Shown here one piece after another: positions 19,068 through 29,087 of a stretch of DNA of 64,000 nucleotides. Source of the stretch: an uncultured virus (IMG/VR IMGVR_UViG_3300042315_000659). Its lineage: Duplodnaviria; Heunggongvirae; Uroviricota; Caudoviricetes. A program made the translations under genes and the position numbers. The notes under the pieces were generated by a model. That model saw nothing but the letters and a program-made list of their open reading frames with translations. It was not told where the DNA came from and did no database searches. Position 1 is the first letter of the stretch, and every line of letters starts with the position of its first letter. The stretch lies in IMG/VR virus record IMGVR_UViG_3300042315_000659, one strand, 5' to 3'.

Positions 19068-19502
19068 ATGCCTAATAGTTTAACTGCTCAAAGCTTATTT
19101 TTAAATAGTCCCGAATATATTGAAAGATACCAAATTGCGCTAACAAATGTATCTGGGTCTTTCAATGAAATGTCAACTAATTCAGCTTTTTTTAATAGTG
19201 AAATCAAGCCTAATTTAATCGATGATGAATCTGTCCGATTTTATGTTTACAAAAGGATTTTATCAGAAATGATCGTTTTTAATCCTTATGTCAAGCTGAA
19301 TGTAGCTAAATTGGGAATGACGGCAGCAGTGTTTGGGGAAGCTCCAAGACTTGCGCTTTCTATTAATATTGGAGATAAATTAAATCCGATTTCTGAATCG
19401 GATATTTTGCAGGCAGTGACAGAACAATTCAACGACGAAAATCTGTTGGCTCAATTGTTGAATCAAAATATTCTCAAAGTGTCTGCGGTTTTTAATAATT
19501 AG
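19068..19502 (+). CDS. Hypothetical protein
   Basis: 144-aa ORF abutting the previous gene. Confidence 0.6.
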   Translation: MPNSLTAQSLFLNSPEYIERYQIALTNVSGSFNEMSTNSAFFNSEIKPNLIDDESVRFYVYKRILSEMIVFNPYVKLNVAKLGMTAAVFGEAPRLALSINIGDKLNPISESDILQAVTEQFNDENLLAQLLNQNILKVSAVFNN

Positions 19503-19521
19503 GTCTTGTAGGAGTTTTGTT

Positions 19522-19752
19522 ATGTTTGAATCTAAAAAATCACAAGAATCGCAATTGTGGACACCAGTAGAACTAAAATCTAAAAGACTTTATCTCTGGT
19601 TTGACGCTACTGATAATACTACTTTTGGTTGCGATAAAAATAATAGTATTTTTATCTTAAAAGGTGGAAGTAATCAGCATTTTCTACAAAAAGTATTTGC
19701 TTTCTTTAGAAAAGCAGTAATTAATCTGATAGCGATTTTTAAAGGTCTGTAA
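19522..19752 (+). CDS. Short ORF resembling the N-terminus of the next gene (possible remnant)
   Basis: LWTPVEL..LYLWFDATD vs LWTPTNL..LLGWWDASL. Confidence 0.45.
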   Translation: MFESKKSQESQLWTPVELKSKRLYLWFDATDNTTFGCDKNNSIFILKGGSNQHFLQKVFAFFRKAVINLIAIFKGL

Positions 19753-19760
19753 TTTTAAAA

Positions 19761-20540
19761 ATGCTAATAATTAATGCCAGTCCCCCATTATGGACACCTA
19801 CTAATCTTGGTATTAAATTATTGGGTTGGTGGGATGCCTCTCTTAGTGGAACTATTACTCTCGTCGATAATGCTGTATCACGATGGAATGATTTGAGCGG
19901 ACAAAACAATCATTTGATTCAACCAACAGCAGGAAAACGACCTATTAATGACACTTTTGCAGGACGACCTTGTGTTGCTCTTGATGGAGTAAATGACTCT
20001 TTATTAACAACTAATGTCTTACCACAAAATATAGCGATTTTTGCCGTTTTTGGATATCCAAATAATAATTCTCAGCCTCCATTTGCTTGGTCAAGAAATG
20101 ATGGAAATAATACTTTTAGCTGCCAAGAACTTCATTTGTCTGTGAATGGTTCAATAAGAGCCATCAACAACGACGTAGGTCCGTATGCCGATACGCCGAC
20201 TGGTACACCCCAATCTTTTTACGATAATTGCATTATCGGCGGAGCTTACGGGGAGAGCGGTAACAACGTGACGCGAGCGCACTTAAACGGGAGAGCCGTA
20301 CAAGCTACGCCCGTTCGCCAAGACAATATTACGTCTGTGCTATGCTTGGGTCAGCGCGATAATAATCTTTTTGCATCCGCTTCTCGCTTTACTGAAATAG
20401 CAATTTTTACCAATTGGACAATACCAGATATTCAGAAGATAGAAGGTTATTTCGCACATCGATGGCAGGGGCTTTTACTTTCAAGGTTGATCGCAGATCA
20501 CCCTTTTAAAAATCGGCCACCTCTTGTGTCTGATGTTTAA
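19761..20540 (+). CDS. LamG/concanavalin-like virion protein
   Basis: WWDAS...VSRWNDLSGQNNH...QKIEGYFAHRW pattern. Confidence 0.65.
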   Translation: MLIINASPPLWTPTNLGIKLLGWWDASLSGTITLVDNAVSRWNDLSGQNNHLIQPTAGKRPINDTFAGRPCVALDGVNDSLLTTNVLPQNIAIFAVFGYPNNNSQPPFAWSRNDGNNTFSCQELHLSVNGSIRAINNDVGPYADTPTGTPQSFYDNCIIGGAYGESGNNVTRAHLNGRAVQATPVRQDNITSVLCLGQRDNNLFASASRFTEIAIFTNWTIPDIQKIEGYFAHRWQGLLLSRLIADHPFKNRPPLVSDV

Positions 20541-20615
20541 GGTAAAATAAAATCAGATTAGCAAAACCGAAAAAATGGTGACATCAACGGCTTTCTGTCT
20601 TATCGAGCGATGCCG

Positions 20616-21683
20616 TTAAATATCATCCCATCCCGTTAAGCCAGAAGACATAACATAACTGGTAACAGTTGCTTCAAAAAAGTTTGACTTAGTGTGACCT
20701 TCCCCTTGAGTATCAGAGAATTTCTCTAAATGGGAATAGGGAGATTTTTTGTATTTGTCCTCGGTAAAAATTGGATTTAAGCCGATGGCTTTTAGTCGAA
20801 TATTGGCAAGGTATTTAGTATAGTGATCTATACTTTCTTCAGTAATGCCCAGTATTTGATTACCGATAATATGGTTAGACCAATTAATTTCTTGATTGAC
20901 AGCCTCTAAAAATGAACTTGCTATACCTTTTTTAATTGACTCTTTCGGGAATAATTGCAATGCTTCCACAATTAATTTTTGATACAATCGGACGTGACTT
21001 AATTCGTCTCGGTTGATCATCCTAAAAATATCGGCACTTCCAGCCATTAGCTGTCTAGAAGCTAAATTATAAAAATACTGGAACCCATTATAGAAATACA
21101 GTCCTTCTAGAATATAATTAGCAACAAGAGAACCAAAATAATTACCCTGTGTTGGGCTGTCAATATATTTTTGATAAGAACTAGCAATAAATTCACAGCG
21201 ATTTCTAAGAATTTTATCGGTGCGCCATAAATCATAAATTTCAGCCCTTTTGTTTGAGGGAATAATAGTCTCAATCAAGTATTGATAACTTTGATTGTGC
21301 ATAGCCTCTTGAGAGATTTGTTCTGCCATACAAAGGCTGATCTCTGGGGCTGTGACGCAAGATTTTAAGTGAGGAATGTTACAGGTTTGTACAGAATCAA
21401 GAAAAGTTAGATAGGATAAAATACCATCATAAGCGCGTCTTTCATCAAGGGTTAAGTTATTATAGTCAGTTATATCTTGAGTAATATCTATTTTTTGCGG
21501 AATCCAGAAATTTTCACGCATCTGTTGATATAAACCTACAGCCCAAGCGTAGCGGACATCATTTAATTGCATTAGGTTGGTAGTGTTACCAAACCAGATA
21601 GATCGAGTTTCAGTCGCATCATCCCCCGATGGATTGAAGATCGGGGAAATGGGCATTTTATTGTCAAGATTTGCTGATGTCAT
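20616..21683 (-). CDS. nrdB: Ribonucleotide reductase class I beta subunit
   Basis: FLDS, QEAMHNQSY, LEGLYFYNGF, RDELSH and NFFE motifs. Confidence 0.95.
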   Translation of the reverse strand: MTSANLDNKMPISPIFNPSGDDATETRSIWFGNTTNLMQLNDVRYAWAVGLYQQMRENFWIPQKIDITQDITDYNNLTLDERRAYDGILSYLTFLDSVQTCNIPHLKSCVTAPEISLCMAEQISQEAMHNQSYQYLIETIIPSNKRAEIYDLWRTDKILRNRCEFIASSYQKYIDSPTQGNYFGSLVANYILEGLYFYNGFQYFYNLASRQLMAGSADIFRMINRDELSHVRLYQKLIVEALQLFPKESIKKGIASSFLEAVNQEINWSNHIIGNQILGITEESIDHYTKYLANIRLKAIGLNPIFTEDKYKKSPYSHLEKFSDTQGEGHTKSNFFEATVTSYVMSSGLTGWDDI

Positions 21684-21700
21684 AGTTTTGATTGAGTAAA

Positions 21701-21973
21701 TTATCTGAAGATTGATTTAAAAGCTTCTAGGTCAAGATGTATGTCGTATTTTTTCCAGTGAATATAGCTGCCGTCTTCTGGAATAGTAAATCTTGATTGG
21801 TCGGATATTTCGATTCTTTTTAGTGCTGACAGAGAACTAAACGGAATCTGAAATAAATTTAAATTGCAATCAAAAACGATTAAGCTATCTTTAAAAACAA
21901 TAGCTGTACTAATCATCTTATTAGATGAACGCCATTTGTGAGCGATTATGATTCTTTTAATTATTGAAATCAT
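21701..21973 (-). CDS. DUF2442-like protein
   Basis: DGSYIHWKKYDIHLDLE. Confidence 0.5.
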   Translation of the reverse strand: MISIIKRIIIAHKWRSSNKMISTAIVFKDSLIVFDCNLNLFQIPFSSLSALKRIEISDQSRFTIPEDGSYIHWKKYDIHLDLEAFKSIFR

Positions 21974-22260
21974 GGTTTATCTGAAGGTTCCCAGTCTCTA
22001 CATTGTACACAAGAAATAGAAGGATTTACGCTACATTTTAGATTAAAGTCTTTATGGGTTTCAGGGTTATAATATTTACAAGAACTAATCCGATTATATT
22101 CATCTGTTAAATAGTATTTAAATTGTTTAACTGTGTAGATTAAATTAGTCTTAAATCTAAAAAACACTCTACACAAGACAACAGCAAAAATTAAAGCAGT
22201 ATAAAGTAAAAATATACTTAATACAATAGTTGCTAGAAAGTCAATAATTATTATTGCCAT
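21970..22260 (-). CDS. Membrane-anchored Cys-rich protein (DUF6464-like)
   Basis: N-terminal TM segment; SCKYYN...LKCSVNP...CVQCRDWE. Confidence 0.55.
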   Translation of the reverse strand: MAIIIIDFLATIVLSIFLLYTALIFAVVLCRVFFRFKTNLIYTVKQFKYYLTDEYNRISSCKYYNPETHKDFNLKCSVNPSISCVQCRDWEPSDKP

Positions 22261-22265
22261 AATGA

Positions 22266-22451
22266 TTATTTATTTTTTCGAGTATTGATGAAATCTTCAA
22301 GAATTTCAATAAAACATTCAACAAAACCTTCAAGCCAACCAATTGTATAAAACGAAATTGAAAAAACAGTTAGGGCAAATATTGTGCTAACTACAAGACC
22401 TACAGTACATAAAATTACATTAGAGATAATATTCATGATTAATTGGCGCAA
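22266..22451 (-). CDS. Small membrane protein
   Basis: Hydrophobic 61-aa ORF. Confidence 0.45.
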   Translation of the reverse strand: MRQLIMNIISNVILCTVGLVVSTIFALTVFSISFYTIGWLEGFVECFIEILEDFINTRKNK

Positions 22452-24700
22452 CTAGAACAACTATTGTCAGACTCTTTAAAGTTATCCTTTTGAACAGTTC
22501 GTACATAATAGACTGCTTTACATCCTAATTCCCACGCTAAGATTAAAGTTTCATAAATTTCTTTAACTGTTAATGCGCGGCTAGGTTCGTCAGGAAAATA
22601 AACACCCTGATTAAGGTTAAATAGTAATTCCATAGAAATCCCTGTATCAATCCATTTTTGCATTTCAGCAATCGCTTGAACGACAATCTTTTGATCAAGA
22701 TTTTGATTCTCTTGATAATACCAAAAAAAATCTTTAATAAAAGGAGGGCAATTAGGGATAGCACCCTTTGAGTTCTTTTCTGTAAATACCCGCTTAAAGA
22801 CAGGTAAAACACTGGCAGTGCAACCTTGAATTAAGGAAGAAGTAGTGTTGGGAGCTACAGCAGTAATATGGGAATTTCTAATGCCAAATTGTTGAATACT
22901 TTTGGCTAATTGATGCCAATTATAGGTATTATCAGAATTTACGTTGAACCATTCTAATGGTTTAGCCCCTAGTAATTTACCCTGACTCCATTCACTGCTG
23001 GAAAAAGCTTGATAAGCACCGCGTTCTTTAGCCAATCTCATCGAAGCGTGAGTACAATAATAGCTAATTCTTTCAAATAAATCATTGATAGATTTAAAGT
23101 CTTTATAAAATAATTTTTGTTTAGCTAACCAGTCAGCTAATCCCATAACCCCAACTCCAATAGTGCGATAACGGTCATTATGTTTTTTGGCTTCACCAAT
23201 CGGGGGACAAGTCAAGTCGATTGTATTGTCAAGCACTCTAACAGCAAGATGACACATTTCCGCTAAATTAGTAAGAGTGTCAATGTTGGCTAAATTAAGA
23301 CTAACTAAATTACAGCAATGGGCTGTTTTACCCGGTGTGACATTAGAAAAGCTCTCACAGCACAAATTAACTTGAGGGATGTACCCGTCGTGTTTATTAG
23401 GATTAGCCCGATTAATGGTATCTTTAAAAGCAAGATAGGGCATACCTGTCTCGACTTGAGAGCGCATAACATCTTTAAATAACTCCCTAGCGTTAACTTT
23501 TCTGTAGAGAGTAATTTCTGTCCCTAGATTATCTTCAATTAATTTGTAAGCATCTTCAAATTTTTCGCCCCATAATTCTGCTAATTCTATCCCTAGTTTT
23601 GCCCGAACCTCATAAGGATCAACTAATGTCCACTCGGCTTTATCTACTACCCGACGCATAAATTCATCGGTGATAACTAATTGGGGAAAAATATCATAGG
23701 CTTTGCGTCTTTGATCACCGTTTTCTGTCTGCATTTCTAAAAATTCTGGCACATCTAGATGCCAAATATCAACCCCAACAGTGACAGCCCCGGCGCGTCT
23801 CCCCCCTTGATTGACTGCAATAGCTGTATCGTTGAGTAATTTAATCCAGGGTATAATCCCACCAGAAGCGTTAGCTTTCCCCATTACCCAGCTACCAGTG
23901 GCACGGATTCTACTTACATTTACCCCAACACCGCCGCCATTTTTTGAGATGCGAGCAGTATTGGTAATCTCGCTAAAAATACTCTCTAGATTGTCTTCCA
24001 TTGCTACGATGAAGCAACTACTCAAGGAACCATTAGGGGTTCTTAGATTGCCTAAAATTGGAGTAGCTAAAGAGATTTTTCTTTGAGCTATAGCTAAGTA
24101 AATTTGAAACGCAATTCTTAATCTATTCTCTGGGTTTTCCTCTACGCTCGCAAGCAATAAAGCGCAAGCCAGGAAAGCCTCTTGAGGTAATTCACAATCA
24201 AGCAAATACCTCTCTGACAACATGATTGCACCAGCGTAGTCAAAATCTTTATCGTATTCTGGGTATATCCAATCCCCCGCAATCTTTAAATCGTTTTCGT
24301 CATAGATTTCAGTAATTTTTGAATCATAAACACCCCTATCCACTTGCCACTGGACATATTTAGCGTAGTCGGTTCCTTCCAATCTTCTGAAAACCGTGCG
24401 AGATAAATAGCCGCCAAATACTCTTTTAATCCTTGTATCTTTCCATAATCCCCAGATGTGAAGTCTTCCGGCTACATACTTCCAATCGGTTTCTTCTACA
24501 CAAAACAATTGTGTGGCAACATTGATTAAATTTTCTTGAATTTCTCGCGTAGTAATGCCATCTCGTAATCGAGAAGTTAATCCTGATTCTAAAGCGAGGG
24601 GATTTACTTCTAACCCTTCACACGCCCATTCAACTACTTGCCGAATTTTGGTGATGTCTAAGGGTCGAGTTTCTCCATTTCTCTGAATTACATTAATCAT
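22439..24700 (-). CDS. nrdA: Ribonucleotide reductase class I alpha subunit with ATP cone
   Basis: VIQRNG ATP cone; ATP..SSCF, NLCCE, APNTTSS, KAVYY, C-terminal CSSC. Confidence 0.95.
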   Translation of the reverse strand: MINVIQRNGETRPLDITKIRQVVEWACEGLEVNPLALESGLTSRLRDGITTREIQENLINVATQLFCVEETDWKYVAGRLHIWGLWKDTRIKRVFGGYLSRTVFRRLEGTDYAKYVQWQVDRGVYDSKITEIYDENDLKIAGDWIYPEYDKDFDYAGAIMLSERYLLDCELPQEAFLACALLLASVEENPENRLRIAFQIYLAIAQRKISLATPILGNLRTPNGSLSSCFIVAMEDNLESIFSEITNTARISKNGGGVGVNVSRIRATGSWVMGKANASGGIIPWIKLLNDTAIAVNQGGRRAGAVTVGVDIWHLDVPEFLEMQTENGDQRRKAYDIFPQLVITDEFMRRVVDKAEWTLVDPYEVRAKLGIELAELWGEKFEDAYKLIEDNLGTEITLYRKVNARELFKDVMRSQVETGMPYLAFKDTINRANPNKHDGYIPQVNLCCESFSNVTPGKTAHCCNLVSLNLANIDTLTNLAEMCHLAVRVLDNTIDLTCPPIGEAKKHNDRYRTIGVGVMGLADWLAKQKLFYKDFKSINDLFERISYYCTHASMRLAKERGAYQAFSSSEWSQGKLLGAKPLEWFNVNSDNTYNWHQLAKSIQQFGIRNSHITAVAPNTTSSLIQGCTASVLPVFKRVFTEKNSKGAIPNCPPFIKDFFWYYQENQNLDQKIVVQAIAEMQKWIDTGISMELLFNLNQGVYFPDEPSRALTVKEIYETLILAWELGCKAVYYVRTVQKDNFKESDNSCSSCAN

Positions 24701-24740
24701 TTATTTACTCCTACAGATTTTTAATTTTACTTTAATAATC

Positions 24741-24977
24741 CTAGCGTTTATTCAATATTAGGACGGTCATTTTTTTTTCTGATTTTTCGTAAGTCGCTTC
24801 TATAGCTTTATCAATCCAAGCATTGATTTGATCATGCCTAATTTCTCCATAATCGGTTTCATCGTAAACTTCATTTTCACTCTTAATTCCTATATTTGAA
24901 TAAAGTAATAAGAAATTGTATAAATCAATTTCGTTGACCGATTGTATTAACTCTGTAAGAACTTGTTTGGCGTTCAT
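24741..24977 (-). CDS. Hypothetical protein
   Basis: 78-aa ORF. Confidence 0.5.
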   Translation of the reverse strand: MNAKQVLTELIQSVNEIDLYNFLLLYSNIGIKSENEVYDETDYGEIRHDQINAWIDKAIEATYEKSEKKMTVLILNKR

Positions 24978-25013
24978 TGTTATTTATCCTGAGTGTAATT
25001 TAATTTGAAGTAA

Positions 25014-25412
25014 TTACATCTTTGTCGGTTGCCAATTGATTGATATTCTCAGTCTATCATAAGTCCCAGCTTTTATAAAGCCACACTCTTCTAAATATTC
25101 TATTAAAGGTTTAATTCGTGTTCTAGGAAACCCTAGAGTATCAGCTAATTCTGTAATATTAATCATTGTAAATTTGCCGTTATTTTTTTCTTTTATTGAC
25201 TTTGCAGTAGATATAATGATCTGTCCTTTTATAGCCAAATAAGCTTTTAAGTTGCCATAATATTGTTGTCCTTTTGCTGTCTTTAAAGAGTTAATTATAG
25301 CAGTCTCATTACCGTTAAAACACAGGTTGCAAGGATTAACATAGCAAGGGCATTTATACAGATAAGTGCCGTCGGGAAAGGATTGTCCTTTTGGGATGAT
25401 TTGTGTTGACAT
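25014..25412 (-). CDS. Hypothetical protein with C-terminal winged HTH
   Basis: ITELADTLGFPRTRIKPLIEYLEECGFI. Confidence 0.55.
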   Translation of the reverse strand: MSTQIIPKGQSFPDGTYLYKCPCYVNPCNLCFNGNETAIINSLKTAKGQQYYGNLKAYLAIKGQIIISTAKSIKEKNNGKFTMINITELADTLGFPRTRIKPLIEYLEECGFIKAGTYDRLRISINWQPTKM

Positions 25413-27011
25413 TTATTTATCCTGAGTGTAATTTGTTTTTAGTTGAGATGCCCGTTCAATTTCTCTGGCTAGGTAGCCAATATGAAACGATTGAATACTA
25501 GGGCAATCAGTAACTATTTGACGGATTAGCTTCAAAGGATTCTTACCTTCCCATTTTCCCACAAATTCACCGTTAGGGGTTAGCTGACTGACTGTGGTAT
25601 TGTTTCCATCCGTTTCTACTAAGAAGTTACCAGCAGGATCACTGTAAGATTGAATCTCTTTGTTAATAATCAATTGATATTGATTATTAATTAGCTGTTC
25701 TACATTTTCCCAACAATCATCGTAAATATGGGCTGATTGACTAATAGTAATCAGTGGACCCATTGTTAAATCGTACTCAGATTCACTAGCAATTTCATCT
25801 CTGATATGACGCTGTAAAGCCCGTAATCCCATTGCATTAGCTGGCCAAGCGGAAAACATATCATTACTTCTAAAGGTAGCTGTTAAAGAGAGTTCATTAT
25901 CTACTACTCTTACCCAGATATGATTGAGACAGGGAGATCCGCTGTGATTATGATCTGAATCGCCTACCGAGCGGCCTCCTCGGTCAATAGAATTTGGTAC
26001 TATTTCCCACCCGTCAGAATCGAAAAAAAGCTCGTTTGATCGGGAAAGCTGACTTTTTAAAGCCAAGCTGTAACATCCACTGGTAAGACTTTGGGGGTTT
26101 CCACTTCCGCTATCCCACAAAGACATAACGGCACTAGCTGAGTCATTTTCTTCAATCAATTTGTTGATAACTGCTTTAATCTGGTCTTGACCAAACCAAG
26201 AGCGTAATCGCTGACCATAGGTATATTTAACCCCTTCTCGATAATCAGCATCATTAAGTATTTGTGGAATATAGTTCTTTAGATACTCTCTGTCTAAAGG
26301 TAGATAGTTAGGTTCTGGAAAATAAAAGTCTTTCGGTTCATCGGTAACTATCGCCATTAAGTCGATTAACTCTTGCCATTTACCATCATACCCAGTAGGT
26401 CTGATAGTGCCAATAGTTTTGATTCTTTGCAATATTTTTATCCAAGTTTCAGCAATAGTTTTGCCCTCAACCCGATGCCCATAGCGCGGCCCGGGTTTTA
26501 CCTCTGATGTAGGTTCATTGTAGGGAAAAACCATCGGTTCTGCCCACGAACCAAGGGTTCCTACTTCTACTATTGATTTTATATCTATATCCCGTTCAAG
26601 ATTTGGTATTAAAATCATAGAATATCGTAATTGATTTAAAACTTCTAAAGGAATATCTAAATCGATGTATCCTTTTACTAAAGAATCAATTGCCCAGCAC
26701 TCTTTCCCTACATAATTCTTCCCTCTATAAACTCCATTCTCAAAGAAATCTTTCAAGCATTGAACACTACCAGAATTTTTGTCTTCTTGGGTTAAATCCA
26801 TTACAACAAGATAACGAACGTGAGGATTGGCCAATAAATTACGGACTAAAAAGTTAATTCCCCTTGACGCGCTATAAAGATTACCAATTACGGCATAATC
26901 AGAGGGATCGAGTTTTGCGGCTACTGACTTAGCAGGAGTCCATCCTGTACAGATAGCAATATAGCCACTGCCTAAAATCAACTGATTGGGCTTGTAGATT
27001 GCATTAAACAT
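25413..27011 (-). CDS. Thymidylate synthase-like protein with N-terminal MtrA-like and C-terminal DUF4346-like domains
   Basis: YTYGQR, SPCL, FRSNDM, SAHIY; N-terminal GINFLVRNLLANP; C-terminal DPAGNF..HIGYLAREI. Confidence 0.8.
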   Translation of the reverse strand: MFNAIYKPNQLILGSGYIAICTGWTPAKSVAAKLDPSDYAVIGNLYSASRGINFLVRNLLANPHVRYLVVMDLTQEDKNSGSVQCLKDFFENGVYRGKNYVGKECWAIDSLVKGYIDLDIPLEVLNQLRYSMILIPNLERDIDIKSIVEVGTLGSWAEPMVFPYNEPTSEVKPGPRYGHRVEGKTIAETWIKILQRIKTIGTIRPTGYDGKWQELIDLMAIVTDEPKDFYFPEPNYLPLDREYLKNYIPQILNDADYREGVKYTYGQRLRSWFGQDQIKAVINKLIEENDSASAVMSLWDSGSGNPQSLTSGCYSLALKSQLSRSNELFFDSDGWEIVPNSIDRGGRSVGDSDHNHSGSPCLNHIWVRVVDNELSLTATFRSNDMFSAWPANAMGLRALQRHIRDEIASESEYDLTMGPLITISQSAHIYDDCWENVEQLINNQYQLIINKEIQSYSDPAGNFLVETDGNNTTVSQLTPNGEFVGKWEGKNPLKLIRQIVTDCPSIQSFHIGYLAREIERASQLKTNYTQDK

Positions 27012-27195
27012 TGGCTTTTCCTTTTTCTTTAATATTGGGTTGCTTCCAAGTTTCTATTTCTTTCAGAAATAAATCAGATTTAGGTTTCCAGTTTTCTATT
27101 TCTTCTAGAAGCAAGTCCAGTTTTGCGTTGATTTCTTCAAGAGTCATGATCATAATTAATTTTGCCCTTATTTTGTTGAGAGATATAGAAACCAA
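27004..27195 (-). CDS. Small hypothetical protein
   Basis: Short ORF, likely starting at an internal Met. Confidence 0.45.
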   Translation of the reverse strand: MVSISLNKIRAKLIMIMTLEEINAKLDLLLEEIENWKPKSDLFLKEIETWKQPNIKEKGKANV

Positions 27196-27240
27196 TAACC
27201 AATAACTAATAACTAATAACTAATAACTGGCATTGTGGTA

Positions 27241-27444
27241 TTACTCTGTTTTTTGCCACGGATTATCATCTAATCCCCATCGATGCTTAAGAAAAGCTTT
27301 GTACATATTTTCTCTGACCATCATTTGTTCGTAAAGCTTGATCAGGAAATCCTGCGCTTGCTCTTGGCTCATTTTTTCTACCTGAGACTGAAAAGAACGA
27401 ATATTGAACTGCTGTTCTAAAGAAAGTTCGATAGGTTGAGACAT
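27241..27444 (-). CDS. nblA: Phycobilisome degradation protein NblA
   Basis: MSQPIELSLEQQFNIRSFQSQVEKMSQEQAQDFLIKLYEQMMVRENMYK; AGGAG RBS before ATG 27444. Confidence 0.93.
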   Translation of the reverse strand: MSQPIELSLEQQFNIRSFQSQVEKMSQEQAQDFLIKLYEQMMVRENMYKAFLKHRWGLDDNPWQKTE

Positions 27445-27457
27445 GATTACTCCTAAA

Positions 27458-27652
27458 TTAAAATTCAGACTCTTCTTTTTGAGGCTCAAATCTATTATCA
27501 AAATCTTCCAACGTTTGTTTTAAGCAGTGATAAAAGCCGTTAAATTCGTCAAAAGGTTCCCAGTCTTTTTCGTGATATTTGAGTAGCTTTCTTGCTAACT
27601 CTGGTTCAATGGGAACATAGATGTAATCTTCTAGCGTGAATTTATCTTCCAC
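27458..27652 (-). CDS. Hypothetical protein
   Basis: 64-aa ORF with GGAGG RBS. Confidence 0.55.
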   Translation of the reverse strand: MEDKFTLEDYIYVPIEPELARKLLKYHEKDWEPFDEFNGFYHCLKQTLEDFDNRFEPQKEESEF

Positions 27653-27920
27653 TGTCTAACTCCTCCCAAAAATTGTCAAAACAAGTGATTTTCATCTCTA
27701 ATCTTCTGTTAAATAAATCTTGAAAATTAGGATTATCAATTTCTTTTTTTATTCTATCAGAGTATTCATGTAAAAAAGAAATAATGTTTTCAACGCTGAT
27801 AGCATTGTTAGCTTCATCTTGATAATATTGTTCTTTTTGAGCATCCGACATTTTATCCCAAATTTGACTTCTTAATTCTATTAAGTCTTTTTTAAGGTTT
27901 TTTATTAGATTCGCATCCAT
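27642..27920 (-). CDS. Hypothetical protein
   Basis: 92-aa ORF. Confidence 0.55.
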   Translation of the reverse strand: MDANLIKNLKKDLIELRSQIWDKMSDAQKEQYYQDEANNAISVENIISFLHEYSDRIKKEIDNPNFQDLFNRRLEMKITCFDNFWEELDSGR

Positions 27921-27935
27921 ACCATAACACCTCTT

Positions 27936-28139
27936 TTAGATGATTATCTCTTTTTGATCGCCATTTTTTTCGAGTATTAACCGAGTATCTTTTTCTACCT
28001 GAGATTTAGCGTATAAAGCCATAAACTTTAATCCTTTGCGAATAATTTCAGGCTCCGATAAATTCAACTGCTGAGATATTTCTTCGAGATGTTCTGAGCT
28101 TTTCCCATTAAACTCTATTTGAAATTGTTTGATACTCAT
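27936..28139 (-). CDS. Ribbon-helix-helix (CopG-like) protein
   Basis: FQIEF...LEEISQQLNLSEPEIIRKGL. Confidence 0.6.
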   Translation of the reverse strand: MSIKQFQIEFNGKSSEHLEEISQQLNLSEPEIIRKGLKFMALYAKSQVEKDTRLILEKNGDQKEIII

Positions 28140-28142
28140 GTT

Positions 28143-28388
28143 TTAGCTCTTTTTGATATACGATTCTTTGGGGTCTTCTGAGCCTAAATCAACAACCCCC
28201 ACTAAGTTTCTTGTCCAAGAATCAAGATTGATTAAATCATCCGTTAGGGAATGAAAGGTAGTTTCTGAGGGTACATTCTGACGAAAAACACGCCCATATT
28301 CTAATGCTTTCTTAAAAGCCTCCTCATTAGAAATTGATCCAGAAAGATTATCTAACCAGGTTTCAGACTCTGATAAATTATTTTTCAT
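28143..28388 (-). CDS. Hypothetical protein resembling fused antitoxin fragments
   Basis: 81-aa ORF; resemblance recalled, not verified. Confidence 0.4.
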   Translation of the reverse strand: MKNNLSESETWLDNLSGSISNEEAFKKALEYGRVFRQNVPSETTFHSLTDDLINLDSWTRNLVGVVDLGSEDPKESYIKKS

Positions 28389-28494
28389 AATGTACTTACT
28401 TCCGAAATCTCCATAACTAAACTATATGGCTTCTTACTTGAATTGTCAAGAAAATCTTGGTACACTAAGATTAGAAAAATTTATATTAATACAA

Positions 28495-28929
28495 ATGTTC
28501 GACACTGCTATTGGAGTTGCGGGGAAATTTTTAGAAAATCCCACGATTAAGGCTAATGCCTCTCTATCCTTTTCTGTGGCTACAGGCTCTACCATGACTA
28601 CCGATGCCGTTGGTAATCCAGTTATGCGAGCATCTTCTATAGAGTCTTTAGTAATTGCCTGTTGGCTACAGCAGGCAAAACCGCCTGCGGCAGAAGTACA
28701 AGAAGGTAGTTATCTCGATTGTGAATATTTTGAGGGAAGATTGGTAAAGCCTAAAGATTACCCGTTCCCGATCATGAGTACAGGAGAATTACAGGTAACA
28801 ATTAATGGCAGAATCGGACTTGTGAGACAGTTAAATGTGTTTGAGTCCCCGACGGGTCAACAGCTAGGAATTGCCGCAAAACTAGGACGGAGAATTAAAC
28901 TTTATGCAAGATTTGATCAAGGTAGTTAA
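28495..28929 (+). CDS. Hypothetical protein (possible head closure/neck protein)
   Basis: ORF from ATG 28495; DAVGNP pattern. Confidence 0.45.
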   Translation: MFDTAIGVAGKFLENPTIKANASLSFSVATGSTMTTDAVGNPVMRASSIESLVIACWLQQAKPPAAEVQEGSYLDCEYFEGRLVKPKDYPFPIMSTGELQVTINGRIGLVRQLNVFESPTGQQLGIAAKLGRRIKLYARFDQGS

Positions 28930-29087
28930 TTACTGGAACCTTTTAAGTAGCCGAGGTATCCTGAAACAATTGCCACGATAACATTGCCGTAGGTGTCAGT
29001 AGTTTCAGGAGTAAAAAAAGAATGAATCAAGCAGGCGAAAACAATTAAAACACAGACAATAGACGGGTCTAACTTAAGATATGACAT
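28926..29087 (-). CDS. Small two-TM protein, holin candidate
   Basis: Manual translation MSYLKLDPSIVCVLIVFACLIHSFFTPETTDTYGNVIVAIVSGYLGYLKGSSN (53 aa). Confidence 0.45.
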   Translation of the reverse strand: MSYLKLDPSIVCVLIVFACLIHSFFTPETTDTYGNVIVAIVSGYLGYLKGSSN

